In this document: piece after piece, positions 27,926 to 37,798 of the stretch
Position numbering within the stretch: position 1 is the first letter of the stretch
Layout of the letters: every line of letters begins with the position of its first letter
Origin: an uncultured bacterium
GTDB lineage: Bacteria; Fidelibacterota; Marinisomatia; Marinisomatales; UBA1611
DNA length: 64,000 nt
Direction: 5' to 3'
Assembly: GCA_943788175.1 (NCBI GenBank)
Contig: CALSPG010000007.1
Location: forward strand, 288,001-352,000
Made by a program: the position numbers and the translations under genes
Notes under the pieces: generated by a model
What the model was told of the DNA's origin: nothing
Databases searched by the model: none
What the model saw: the letters and a program-made list of their open reading frames with translations, nothing else

Positions 27926-30438
27926 TTCTTTTTACGTCTTTTCTTTCGTGTCCTTTTTGGTGCAACTCTTTTTAAGTTAATTAACTCAACTGCTTCTTCT
28001 AAGGTGACTGTATTGGGGTCGTTATGAGATTTTAATGCAGCATTAAATTTTCCATCGGAAATATATGGTCCATAGCGACCTTCTTTTAACACTAGTTTTT
28101 CTCCAGTATCAGGATGGTTTCCAAGGGATTTAAGTTCGCTCGGGCCTTTTTTTGATTTGCTTAACATTTCGACTGCTTCTTCAAGAGTCACAGTCAATGG
28201 CGTTGCTGGTGCGATTAGTCTAGCATTTGACTTATCCATTTTTAAGTAAGGGCCATACCTTCCGTAATCTGCTGTTATTGGTATTTTCTTATCAGGATGG
28301 TCACCAAGTGTCCTTGGTAAAGATATTAGTTGTATAGCAAGGTCTAGATCAACAGAATGAATATCCGTTCCTTTGGGAATAGCCTTTCGTTTTGTTGATT
28401 CACCTAATTGAACATAGTGTCCATAAGGTCCTTTCTTTAATAAAATATCTTCAGTCGAATTAGGATCTTTTCCAAGAATTTCATCTTGTCTTTGTTCTTT
28501 AAAAAGTGAGTCAATAACTTCATCGGTAAGATCTCCAATATATATATCTTGAGGAATTGAACGCGTATCTTCTTCTTTACGAAGATATGGACCAAACTTT
28601 CCAATCCTAGCATCTATGTCTTTATCATATCCATCAGGAAGTGGGATAGTACATGCTTTACCAATATCTACTTTTTCTTCAAGCATTTTTTCAAGGCCTA
28701 AATAATCACTGTCTCCAAAATAAAAGTTTTTCATAAATGGAATGGGCTCTAGTTCACCTCTAGAAATAGCATCTAATTCGTTTTCCATTTTAGCCGTAAA
28801 ATTTTTATCTACTAATGTTGTAAAGTGGTTCTCTAAGAGTTGAGTAATTGCTAAGCCTAAATAAGTTGGAGACAGGTTACTTTTGGTCTTTTCAACATAT
28901 CCTCTTTTGACTATTGTATCTAAGATTGATGCAAAAGTGGATGGTCTTCCGATACCATTTGTTTCCATTTCTTTGATTAGAGATGCCTCAGTGAACCTAG
29001 CGGGAGGTTTTGTATTATGTTTTTGCGCTAAAATATTTAAACATGATAATTGATCATTCTTAGTTAGGTTTGGCAGAAGTTTTTCTTTGTTTGCTAGTTC
29101 TGCATCGGGATTGTCTTTTCCCTCTACGTATATCTTCATATAACCAGGAAAATCTATAATTTGGCCACTTGCTCTAAAATCTATTTTAGAATTTGAAATG
29201 ACCACAGCTGTTTGTTTTAGCTTCGCTGGGAGCATTTGACTCGCTATTGTTCTCTTCCAGATTAAATCATACAAACTGCCAGAGTCCTTACCAAGTTTCT
29301 TTTGGACAATTTCGACACTTTTAAATGACTTATGAGCTGGTCTGATTGCCTCGTGTGCTTCCTGAGCATTTTTGACATTAGTTTCATAATTGTTTGGAGA
29401 CTTAGGTAAATAATCATTTCCAAACAGTTTTGAAATTAAGTTTCTAGAACCGTTGATTGCTTCTTTTGAAAGATGGGTTGAGTCAGTTCTCATATAAGTG
29501 ATAAAACCGTTTTCGTATAATTGCTGAGCCACTCTCATAGTGTTTTTAGCAGAAAAGCGTAATTTTCTAGCAGCCTCTTGCTGAAGCGTGCTAGTCGTAA
29601 ATGGAGGTTTTGGGTTAGAAGTTCTAGGTTTTTCATCGACACTTTTAACGACCCAACTACCATCGCTTAATTTTGAGATAAGTGCTTTTGCATCTTTTTC
29701 ATTTAAAATAATCACATCTTTATTCTTTAATGAGCCGGTATCAGATTTAAAATCATTACTAGAAACTATTCTTTTACCATCTATTTTATTTAAAGTTGCT
29801 TCAAATAAAGATTTTGAATCATTTGTCTTTAGTTCAACTTTAAGGTCATAGTATTCTGTTTTTTTGTATTTTTGCCTCTTCCTATCTCTTTCAATTACTA
29901 TTTTTACGCAGGCTGATTGCACTCGACCTGCAGACAAGGTCGTATTCACAAAGTTCATGTTCTTTTGAAGTGTCGCCCACAATACTGGTGAGACTTTATA
30001 CCCAACTAAGCGGTCAATGATTCTTCGTGTCTTTTGAGCATTAATCATGTTGTGATCGAGTTTGCGACTATTATTCATACCCTCCTTAACGCCCGCTTTT
30101 GTAATTTCATTAAACTCAACGCGTTCTAATTTTTCACTAGGGACTTCGCTTGCTAGGTGTGATGCAATTGCTTCACCTTCACGATCAGGATCGCTAGCTA
30201 TGTATACTCTATCTGCAGAGTTGCTTTTTTTTCTTAATTCTTTAATAAAGTCTTTTCTTTTTGGCAATACATCCAGTGTCATTTCAAAATTATTTTCAAT
30301 ATCTATTCCAAGTTTACTTGTAGGGAGGTCTTTAACATGACCAACGCAGGCAACAACTTCGAACTGACCATCTAAGTACTGTTCTATTGTACGGGCTTTT
30401 GAAGGGGACTCTACAACTATTAGTGATTTTTTATTCAT
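27922..30438 (-). CDS. topA: DNA topoisomerase I with C-terminal Topo_C repeats
   Basis: 'IVVESPSKA', 'DPDREGE', 'SAGRVQS', catalytic 'ITYMRTDS', 'GIGRPST', repeated 'G(R/K)(Y/F)GPY'. Confidence 0.97.
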   Translation of the reverse strand: MNKKSLIVVESPSKARTIEQYLDGQFEVVACVGHVKDLPTSKLGIDIENNFEMTLDVLPKRKDFIKELRKKSNSADRVYIASDPDREGEAIASHLASEVPSEKLERVEFNEITKAGVKEGMNNSRKLDHNMINAQKTRRIIDRLVGYKVSPVLWATLQKNMNFVNTTLSAGRVQSACVKIVIERDRKRQKYKKTEYYDLKVELKTNDSKSLFEATLNKIDGKRIVSSNDFKSDTGSLKNKDVIILNEKDAKALISKLSDGSWVVKSVDEKPRTSNPKPPFTTSTLQQEAARKLRFSAKNTMRVAQQLYENGFITYMRTDSTHLSKEAINGSRNLISKLFGNDYLPKSPNNYETNVKNAQEAHEAIRPAHKSFKSVEIVQKKLGKDSGSLYDLIWKRTIASQMLPAKLKQTAVVISNSKIDFRASGQIIDFPGYMKIYVEGKDNPDAELANKEKLLPNLTKNDQLSCLNILAQKHNTKPPARFTEASLIKEMETNGIGRPSTFASILDTIVKRGYVEKTKSNLSPTYLGLAITQLLENHFTTLVDKNFTAKMENELDAISRGELEPIPFMKNFYFGDSDYLGLEKMLEEKVDIGKACTIPLPDGYDKDIDARIGKFGPYLRKEEDTRSIPQDIYIGDLTDEVIDSLFKEQRQDEILGKDPNSTEDILLKKGPYGHYVQLGESTKRKAIPKGTDIHSVDLDLAIQLISLPRTLGDHPDKKIPITADYGRYGPYLKMDKSNARLIAPATPLTVTLEEAVEMLSKSKKGPSELKSLGNHPDTGEKLVLKEGRYGPYISDGKFNAALKSHNDPNTVTLEEAVELINLKRVAPKRTRKKRRKKK

Positions 30439-30507
30439 TATATACTTTTTTAATACAGGTTGTTATTGTGATTAGCTCTTTATTGGCTCAAAATGTAAAG
30501 GAAAATA

Positions 30508-31767
30508 TTAAAATGTCAAACTTTTGAAATACGCAATTAGCTCACCTTGATTAATGGTATCTTGCTTTCCTTCATTTAAATTTTTTAACTGAACAGTTTT
30601 ATCTATGGCTTCTTGCTCCCCAACGATGATTGCGTAATTAGCATTTTTTTTATTTGCTTCTCGCATTTGTGCTTTCATACTTCTTCTTAAAGTCTCCAAT
30701 ATTACTTTTATATCTAATTCTCGCAAGTTTTTAGCGATTTGTTGTAAAGGACCTAAGGCGCTTAAATCTGTGCAAACAATATAAATGCATGCTACTTGTT
30801 TATCGGTTCTTTTCCTGCTATCAGTAGCAATGAGTATTCTTTCCATTCCAGCAGCAAACCCTACAGCGGGGACATCTTTTCCACCTAAGGATTTAATTAA
30901 ACCATCATACCGACCACCACCAAGAAGTGCATCTTGCGCGCCTATTTTTTTAGAAGATATTTCAAAAGTTGTTTGAGTGTAATAGTCTAATCCTCTTACA
31001 AGGAGAGGGTTAATTTTATATGGTATTTCTAAATCATCAAGGTATTGTTGTACTGTTAAAAAATAGGTTTCATCCTCTTTTGTATAAAAGTTTTCGATTT
31101 TTGGTGCTGATTCTATGATTTTTATTTCATCTTTATTTTTTGTATCTAGAATACGTAAAGGATTATGTTTAAGTCTATGTTGACTAACTTCTGATAGTTG
31201 CGGAATAAAAGGTTTTAGATAGTTTATAAGTTCTTGTTTATAATTAGTCCGGCAGTCGTCTGAACCAATACTTGATATATTTAATTCTAATTCATTTATC
31301 CCAAAATTATTAAGGATGTTCCAACCAATAGATATTACTTCAGCATCTTGTTCTGGATTATCACTACCAATTGCTTCGACTCCAAACTGATGAAACTGTC
31401 TTTGCCTTCCCTTTTGGGGCCTCTCTCTTCGAAAAGAAGGACCAATATAATACAATCTCTGTAACAAAGATTGTCCACCTAGGTTATGTTGCACGTAGGC
31501 TCGAACAACTGGTGCCGTCAATTCAGGTCTTAATGAAATAGTTGATTTATCTTTGTCTATCCATGAGTACATCTCTTTTGAAACAATATCTGTTTCTTCA
31601 CCAACTCCTCTATTAAATAATGCAGCATCTTCGATTATGGGAGTTCTAATCTCATCGTAGCCATGAAGATTCGCAGTCTTATGAATTTGGGTTTCTAAAT
31701 CCTGCCAGTCACCTGACTGTGCTGGTAAAATATCATGCGTTCCTTTTATAGTTCTGACCATCTTCAT
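30508..31767 (-). CDS. hisS: Histidine--tRNA ligase
   Basis: 'LRPELTA', 'RRERPQKGRQRQFHQ', 'LVRGLDYY', 'GGGRYD'; start placed at ATG 31767, just after the upstream stop. Confidence 0.96.
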   Translation of the reverse strand: MKMVRTIKGTHDILPAQSGDWQDLETQIHKTANLHGYDEIRTPIIEDAALFNRGVGEETDIVSKEMYSWIDKDKSTISLRPELTAPVVRAYVQHNLGGQSLLQRLYYIGPSFRRERPQKGRQRQFHQFGVEAIGSDNPEQDAEVISIGWNILNNFGINELELNISSIGSDDCRTNYKQELINYLKPFIPQLSEVSQHRLKHNPLRILDTKNKDEIKIIESAPKIENFYTKEDETYFLTVQQYLDDLEIPYKINPLLVRGLDYYTQTTFEISSKKIGAQDALLGGGRYDGLIKSLGGKDVPAVGFAAGMERILIATDSRKRTDKQVACIYIVCTDLSALGPLQQIAKNLRELDIKVILETLRRSMKAQMREANKKNANYAIIVGEQEAIDKTVQLKNLNEGKQDTINQGELIAYFKSLTF

Positions 31768-31768
31768 T

Positions 31769-32101
31769 TTATTTTCCATAAATATTTTCAAATAAATGAG
31801 CCGCTTGTTCCTCAAAGTTTTCAGGCACAAATATTCTCACAATATTGTTTACTAATTCAGTGCCGCCAGTGTTTAAAGCCGCACTGCTCCAATCATTTTT
31901 TGCGTAATGAGGTATTTCTTCTTTATTTAAAATTTCAATAATCATTTCTGCGTATATGCTACCATGTATTGGTTTTAATGGAACCCAAGTCATTTCAGGA
32001 ATAGGCAAGTCAATGGAACTAGCATCAACTAAGTCTACAATACAATCACCACACTGCTTTATTTTTTCAAAGTACTCTGCATGACATTTAGGGCATATCA
32101 T
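31769..32101 (-). CDS. Small protein with an N-terminal Zn-ribbon and a DUF2007-like (putative signal-transducing) domain
   Basis: 'CPKC...EY...CGDC...LV' followed by 'AEMIIEILNKEEIP...VRIFVP'. Confidence 0.7.
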   Translation of the reverse strand: MICPKCHAEYFEKIKQCGDCIVDLVDASSIDLPIPEMTWVPLKPIHGSIYAEMIIEILNKEEIPHYAKNDWSSAALNTGGTELVNNIVRIFVPENFEEQAAHLFENIYGK

Positions 32102-32166
32102 TTCATTGTAATTAGAATATTCATATCGTTAATTTGACAAACATTCACCACAGAACAAATACTTGA

Positions 32167-35100
32167 TTAGAATGGTGAACTTGAGTAAACACCTCCTTTT
32201 TTTTCTAATTTTAAATCTTTTAATGTCGGTGATTTTACGTTGAGTTTAAAGTATATGCCTTGTCCAATGCCTCCAGGCGTCCAATTAAGCGAGAGTTCCC
32301 AACAATGTAAATCTCTATTTACGGAAACATTATGACTAACTAGATCTCTTTGGACCATATCAAACCTAGCCCGGTATGCAATTTTCCAATATTTAGATAG
32401 TTTTATATTAGAAGAACTATTAACCCAAAGAGTCTTATTTGAGTTAAGAGGATTAAAAGCATTGTAATTATAACTAATACTTATATTTGTGCTCCATATG
32501 CTCTCGTTGGTTAATGTATTTTTGAAGCTCGTTATTGGGTTTTGTAACCCTGGTCCACCTAAGTCATCTTGAATTGCAATTGAATCCTTAGGTGTCAATT
32601 CAGTATCAATTTGATTGTTTAGTGCTTTACCTTTTAATCTAAACCCTGTGGATATACGTGCACTGGTTAATCGTGGTGCAATAATACCTCGTTCATTTTT
32701 ATTGAATTTTTCAACTCTGCTTCCGGTTTTCGTATCAAAACCATAAAAATCATGTGTTGTAGACAAATCGAGGTTTAATTTTCCCAAAATTTTAGATCTT
32801 AATGAAGATCTCAAGTTAGACAACTTATAATTTTCTGCGGAAAAATTATAACTGCTACTCATTCTCAAACTAAAAAGGTCAATTTTTTTTTCTTCTTCTT
32901 TGATAATTGTTTTTGCCTGAAATATATTATTTAAAGAAAAGTTAATATTTTTTTGTTCACTCATTGGCGTACTGCCTGCCATCGTGCCTGCGAACCTATC
33001 ATGTTTAATTTTTTCATTGTTTAAAGGATTATTATAGTCTTTTATATATCCAAAGTCATAACCAAAAAGGGGTTTTGAAAAATCAGGGCTCCAAGAAAAT
33101 CCAATAGAAGGCGATGCAACATGTCTTATGACTTTTAATGGCCCAAAAGGGACAGCAAAAAGACCGTATAATTTTGTATTCGCATTTACAGAAACCGCTC
33201 CCGTAGTGCGAGTATTAAATCCGGTTTTTTCTACAGTTTGAAAACTACTTAATGAGTCGATCCAGATTTTATCAAATGTTCTATTTACCCAGCTAGATCT
33301 AAAATTAATATTCGGATTTACATTGATATTTTTAAACAATTTCATAGGGGCATTCAAAGATGCGGTATGGGTCCAGCCATCATCTTGGAATAATGTGTCG
33401 ATGGGGTTTCCAAAACTATCTTTAGCCCAATCAAAACTGTTTAATGAATCAGAAAATGTAGACTTATAATATTTTTTTTCTTTTTTAGTATAGTTAAACC
33501 CATAATTCCACATAATAGTGTTGTACCATTTTTTTATGTTAGCTGCTGTTGGGAAAAGAGAACTTTGACCATGTCTAAAAGAAATTTTTGGTAAGGTTCT
33601 ATTTGAAATATTTAGTTGTGACCCAGATTGCGTTGGTGGAACGTAATAATTACTAGAATTATCGACTTTTTTATCTACTAAAAGATCTTGGTTTGAATAC
33701 AAATTTAAGCTAAAAGAGTTTTTAGATTTTGGCCACCTTTTTGAATAAGTAATATTTGATGTCGCTTTTTGATCCATTCTTTGAGCTAGGTCTAATCCAT
33801 AATTTCTGTTGTAGTTTCCATTACTTGAATAAGTCGTATTTGCATTAAAACTTTGATTATTTCTTAATTTTTGGACATGGTTCCATTGAACCGTAAAGTT
33901 ACTATTTCTATTTTCTTTTAAAGAAATAATATCTTCACTGCCAGATAAGAATTGTTGATTGCGAATGAAAAGGCTCCCACTATATTTATAACGTAGTCTA
34001 TATTGATTCTTAACATTTAGAACAGCTCCTTGTCTGTCACCAAAGCTGAGTGTAAATTTTGAATCCCAATAATCATTTGGAGCCCAATAAAAACCCAATC
34101 CGTCAATATATTGCCCTCGGGATTTGCTTTCGCCGTAAGCAGGCATTATCCAACCCGAATGTCTTTTACCGCCTTGATGTGGAAAAATTGCTAGGGGTAT
34201 TCCAAAAACAGGTATTTCAGCTATTTTCAATACGATTGGCTTAGCTATAACGACGTCATCTTGAATGATTTTCATTTTTTCCGATTCAAAATGAAAGTGA
34301 GGAGTGTCTAAATCGCAAGTGGTAAAAATAGAGTTTTTTATGTAGATAGTTTTATTGCTTTCATTTCGAATTTCGCTACCTCTATAAAAGCCATCATCTG
34401 CTTTTGTTTTACCATAATTTATTTTACCTCTTCTGGTATCTAAATTATAGGTCATTTCATTACCAACCATTGGATCGCGACCTTTTTCTATTATTGACGG
34501 CTTTAGATAACTGCTTGTAGAATCAGCCCAATCTCTAGAAAAGGCTTTAAGAACTCTAGTTTTCCAGTTTACTTTTATAAATCCTGCTTTGAGGTCTGTA
34601 TTATCATGCCGAGTTTGTGCATTTCCTGACAAATTTGTGTTTTCATCTTTAAGAAAATAATCGAGCTTATCAGCAGAATAAATCAGTGGAAAAGTAGAGC
34701 CGTCAGCTTTTGTATTTGGAATGTATTTTCCTTGAGCACCCCCACTAACAATTATACTATTAAGCTCTTTGTTGTAAAATTTCATTATAATAGTATCGCC
34801 TGAGGTAATATTTTTACCTTTATAAAGAGAGTCTTCGAATATATGATAAGTTGTTGATGCCATCCCTACTAATCTTAATGAATCAAGCGAACCATTAATA
34901 AAAAAACCATCTAATCTTTTGCTAGTCATGTCATCATTTTTTTCAAAAACAGTATGAGAAGAATCCTTTTTGATATTGTCAAATTCCTTTATGCTACTAG
35001 ATATTTTTGCATTTTTAGGAATTAAGATTCTGCTCAATGATTTTTTATCATATTGTAGTACTACTTGTTCGCCAACTATAGTTTTTTGTTCGTCAACAAT

Positions 35101-35694
35101 TATTGGTTCTCTGTCTAAAATAGTTTTTTCAGTAATGTCATTATAGTTAGCGAGGCCACATGTAGCTGTTCTAAGGGAGTCAATGATTTCCACATTGCCA
35201 ATCGCTATGTAGGATATAGCTTCAGATCCGGGATTTTTAACATATTCAATTCTATCAGCTTTGATTTTTTGATCATTTTGAATCAATTCAACGTTGCCTA
35301 GAGCAATGCCACTGTCGAGTTCTGTAAAATAAATAAGACTGTCGGCTACAAGCTTGTAGTCTAAATCATAAATTGTTGGATTTCCGTTACTTTCAAGTTT
35401 ATTTTTTTTTGAATAAAAAGTAATGCTGTCGCATTCAAGAATTAAATCGTCTTTGAATATTTTGACTTGATTGAATAAAAATGCAATATCTTTTCGTTCC
35501 TTATAAACGCTCTTTTGGCAAGTTAATTTAATATCTCCTTTTTGAAACTGGACGTTTCCCTGAAGATGTTTTACAGTTTCAAAGCCTATCTTTTTACTCT
35601 CTAAAACGTCTGCCCGCTTTAATCTTAACTTTTCTGCATTAGCGAGTGTCATCAAAAAGCCAAGGGTTAAAATAATTTTCACGTTAAATGACAA
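32167..35694 (-). CDS. lptD: LPS assembly protein LptD-like, with extended OstA/LptA-like N-terminal jellyrolls
   Basis: Signal peptide; repeated 'GNV' OstA-like units; 'FTTCDLDTPHFHF', 'SGWIMP.YGES', C-terminal 'RDLHCWE...W.P' typical of FCB-group LptD. Confidence 0.85.
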   Translation of the reverse strand: MSFNVKIILTLGFLMTLANAEKLRLKRADVLESKKIGFETVKHLQGNVQFQKGDIKLTCQKSVYKERKDIAFLFNQVKIFKDDLILECDSITFYSKKNKLESNGNPTIYDLDYKLVADSLIYFTELDSGIALGNVELIQNDQKIKADRIEYVKNPGSEAISYIAIGNVEIIDSLRTATCGLANYNDITEKTILDREPIIVDEQKTIVGEQVVLQYDKKSLSRILIPKNAKISSSIKEFDNIKKDSSHTVFEKNDDMTSKRLDGFFINGSLDSLRLVGMASTTYHIFEDSLYKGKNITSGDTIIMKFYNKELNSIIVSGGAQGKYIPNTKADGSTFPLIYSADKLDYFLKDENTNLSGNAQTRHDNTDLKAGFIKVNWKTRVLKAFSRDWADSTSSYLKPSIIEKGRDPMVGNEMTYNLDTRRGKINYGKTKADDGFYRGSEIRNESNKTIYIKNSIFTTCDLDTPHFHFESEKMKIIQDDVVIAKPIVLKIAEIPVFGIPLAIFPHQGGKRHSGWIMPAYGESKSRGQYIDGLGFYWAPNDYWDSKFTLSFGDRQGAVLNVKNQYRLRYKYSGSLFIRNQQFLSGSEDIISLKENRNSNFTVQWNHVQKLRNNQSFNANTTYSSNGNYNRNYGLDLAQRMDQKATSNITYSKRWPKSKNSFSLNLYSNQDLLVDKKVDNSSNYYVPPTQSGSQLNISNRTLPKISFRHGQSSLFPTAANIKKWYNTIMWNYGFNYTKKEKKYYKSTFSDSLNSFDWAKDSFGNPIDTLFQDDGWTHTASLNAPMKLFKNINVNPNINFRSSWVNRTFDKIWIDSLSSFQTVEKTGFNTRTTGAVSVNANTKLYGLFAVPFGPLKVIRHVASPSIGFSWSPDFSKPLFGYDFGYIKDYNNPLNNEKIKHDRFAGTMAGSTPMSEQKNINFSLNNIFQAKTIIKEEEKKIDLFSLRMSSSYNFSAENYKLSNLRSSLRSKILGKLNLDLSTTHDFYGFDTKTGSRVEKFNKNERGIIAPRLTSARISTGFRLKGKALNNQIDTELTPKDSIAIQDDLGGPGLQNPITSFKNTLTNESIWSTNISISYNYNAFNPLNSNKTLWVNSSSNIKLSKYWKIAYRARFDMVQRDLVSHNVSVNRDLHCWELSLNWTPGGIGQGIYFKLNVKSPTLKDLKLEKKGGVYSSSPF

Positions 35695-35868
35695 AAGTAT
35701 TCTTTTTATAGAGTTGATTGTGTTTTTAAGAATAATGTATTCATAATGTTTTTGTTCAAAAAGTTATGATTTAAATTATGTTTCTAATTAACATATATTA
35801 ATTTAATATGAATATTGAAATTTTATTTGTTTGCTATGCGGTTTTATAAACTTCCACTTCTAAAATAT

Positions 35869-35942
35869 GCCGGTCTAGCTGAGTTGGTTCAAGCGTCTGA
35901 TTCGTAATCAGAAGTAGGCGAGTTCGATTCTCGTGTCCGGCT
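35869..35942 (+). tRNA. tRNA-Thr (anticodon CGT), CCA not encoded
   Basis: Cloverleaf GCCGGTC/GTCCGGC, anticodon stem TCTGA/TCAGA with loop TT-CGT-AA, T-arm GCGAG-TTCGATT-CTCGT; several non-canonical positions. Confidence 0.85.
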
Positions 35943-35978
35943 CTTAAACTTCTTTTGAAGTTTATCGTGTAAAGAAAT

Positions 35979-36003
35979 GGGGCAGTTTACCGCCCCGTTT
36001 TTT
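35979..36003 (+). terminator. Probable intrinsic terminator for the tRNA-Thr transcript
   Basis: GGGGC-agtttacc-GCCCC stem followed by GTTTTTT; overlaps the 3' end of the convergent gene. A second 8-bp hairpin lies at 35945-35964. Confidence 0.45.
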
Positions 36004-36625
36004 CATCGGGTTTTTTTGGTTGATAATACTTTGAGGCTCTCAACGATCCATAAACTTCAGACGCATAAAGTATTGCTGAAGTTCCCCCAAAAATATTGGC
36101 CATAGGTTTATTTTCAGTTTTAATTGCAATAGAGTATGCTTTTGCTGATAATAATAAATTCAACATGCCATAAATCCCATCATAGAATCTACCAGAATGA
36201 AATCTTCCGATTCCGGGTATAAATGCTAACATAGAACTTAATAATGAGGGTTTTAAGTTTTGATTGTAGGAGGCAGGATTTACGTAGTCAATTAACCTTC
36301 CATCTTCATCTTTGTAAGCACCATTGATTTTTTGATGATAAGACAATGCTGAGGGGTTGCATCTTGTTATCCTATCCATAGCTATTATTGAACCAAATAA
36401 AGGACCATTATCTTTTATAGCTAGGCTACAGTAGTTGGAACAGCTAGGGTAAAATTGACAATTTAAAGTACTCGATTTGTATGAAATTTTTTGCCACTGA
36501 GCTACTGGATATATGAATATTTTTTGTAAAAGAGTGGTGCTTTTAGATTTTAATAATGAGTCTGCTGGGTACTCAATTTTAGCATATGCAGACGAGAGTA
36601 ATGTTAATAAAATTAACTTTTTCAT
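35987..36625 (-). CDS. YidD-like (membrane protein insertion efficiency factor) domain protein with signal peptide and C-terminal membrane extension
   Basis: 'CQFYPSCSNY...AI...G...G...DRITRCNP' YidD signature; N-terminus MKKLILLTLLSSAYA. Confidence 0.75.
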   Translation of the reverse strand: MKKLILLTLLSSAYAKIEYPADSLLKSKSTTLLQKIFIYPVAQWQKISYKSSTLNCQFYPSCSNYCSLAIKDNGPLFGSIIAMDRITRCNPSALSYHQKINGAYKDEDGRLIDYVNPASYNQNLKPSLLSSMLAFIPGIGRFHSGRFYDGIYGMLNLLLSAKAYSIAIKTENKPMANIFGGTSAILYASEVYGSLRASKYYQPKKPDEKTGR

Positions 36626-36697
36626 ATTGCCTATCATTTAATTAACATAATTTTAAAGATAAAACTAATAATAAATAAGAACTGAAAGCTTTTTAAA

Positions 36698-37003
36698 ATG
36701 GAAAACATTATCGAACTCATTACTTCTAATCCAGTGTATCTAGCTATTGCTGTTATTTTAGCAATTGTCATCGTCTATGGCTTTGTAAAGAAAATTATAA
36801 AACTGGCATTGGTCACTGGGGCAGTTTTTATTTTGTACGTTGCTTATTTACATTACTCAGGAAAAAACACTTCAGAAATTTCTAAAACGGTTTCTAAGTC
36901 AGCAGAAATTTTAAAAGAAGCCGTTTCTAAGACTGGTGAAAAGGTAAAAGATTCTGCAATTAAATCAATAGAAAAGAAGGTAGAGTCAAAATTAACTAAT
37001 TAG
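36698..37003 (+). CDS. Small hypothetical membrane protein
   Basis: Two hydrophobic helices followed by a Lys-rich amphipathic tail. Confidence 0.7.
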   Translation: MENIIELITSNPVYLAIAVILAIVIVYGFVKKIIKLALVTGAVFILYVAYLHYSGKNTSEISKTVSKSAEILKEAVSKTGEKVKDSAIKSIEKKVESKLTN

Positions 37004-37027
37004 TTTTTTTGTACTTAAAATTAATAA

Positions 37028-37666
37028 ATGAGATACAATCACATAGTCTGGGATTGGAATGGAACATTGCTAGATGACCTCTGGTTGTGTTTAGATGCAA
37101 TAAATTCTGTTTTAGATTCTCGAGGTATGAATAGAGTTGATGAAATTAGCTACCGTAAAATCTTTACATTCCCTGTTATCGATTATTATGAACAATTAGG
37201 ATTTAATTTTAAAAACGAAAAATTTCCCATTGTTGGTTTTTTAGATTATTATCGAAAGTATTTTGAAAAATGTTCCCTACATAAAAATGCAAGTTTAGTT
37301 TTAAGAAAAAACAAAATGAATGGATTGTCCCAGTCTATTTTATCGGCTGGTAAGGAGTCCTCATTGTATAGCTGGGTTAAGTCACACAATATTGAAAACT
37401 ATTTCAATGATTTGATTGGTGTTGAAAATGATAATGCTGATGGTAAAATTGAAGCTGGACTCAACTGGATATCCCAAACAGGTATTTCAAAACATAAAAT
37501 TTTATTAATTGGAGATACAATTCATGATAGTGATGTTGCTGCGGAAATGGGAATTGATTGTGCATTGGTAAGTATTGGACATGTTAGTAAAGAAAGGCTT
37601 AAAAATGTAGGCCCCCCAGTATTTGACAGTTTATTGTCAGTTTTGAGTTATGTAGAAAGATGTTAG
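37028..37666 (+). CDS. HAD family hydrolase (phosphoglycolate-phosphatase-like)
   Basis: Motif I 'WDWNGTLLDD', 'ILSA', 'GK', 'IGDTIHD'. Confidence 0.9.
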   Translation: MRYNHIVWDWNGTLLDDLWLCLDAINSVLDSRGMNRVDEISYRKIFTFPVIDYYEQLGFNFKNEKFPIVGFLDYYRKYFEKCSLHKNASLVLRKNKMNGLSQSILSAGKESSLYSWVKSHNIENYFNDLIGVENDNADGKIEAGLNWISQTGISKHKILLIGDTIHDSDVAAEMGIDCALVSIGHVSKERLKNVGPPVFDSLLSVLSYVERC

Positions 37667-37667
37667 A

Positions 37668-37705
37668 TATTAGAAACCCTCATTAAAAAATGAGGGTTTC
37701 TAATA
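37668..37705. terminator. Perfect 17-bp inverted repeat, probable bidirectional terminator
   Basis: TATTAGAAACCCTCATT-aaaa-AATGAGGGTTTCTAATA, one base after the HAD gene stop. Confidence 0.75.
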
Positions 37706-37750
37706 CAAAGTAACCGCTGACCTCCTAAAAGTTTTCAACTCTTAGGTGTG

Positions 37751-37798
37751 TTACACAGCTGATCCTCTGGAGGTCAGCGTTTTAATATAATTAGACAA
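37751..37798 (-). CDS. Putative 15-aa micro-peptide MSNYIKTLTSRGSAV
   Basis: TTG start 7 nt after GGAGG within AAAGGAGGTGATC; TAA at 37753-37751. Confidence 0.4.
   Translation of the reverse strand: MSNYIKTLTSRGSAV

Noticed and set aside
37715-37779. Hammerhead ribozyme or known riboswitch
   Set aside because: No CUGANGA/GAAA core in the right arrangement on either strand, and no downstream gene on the structured strand
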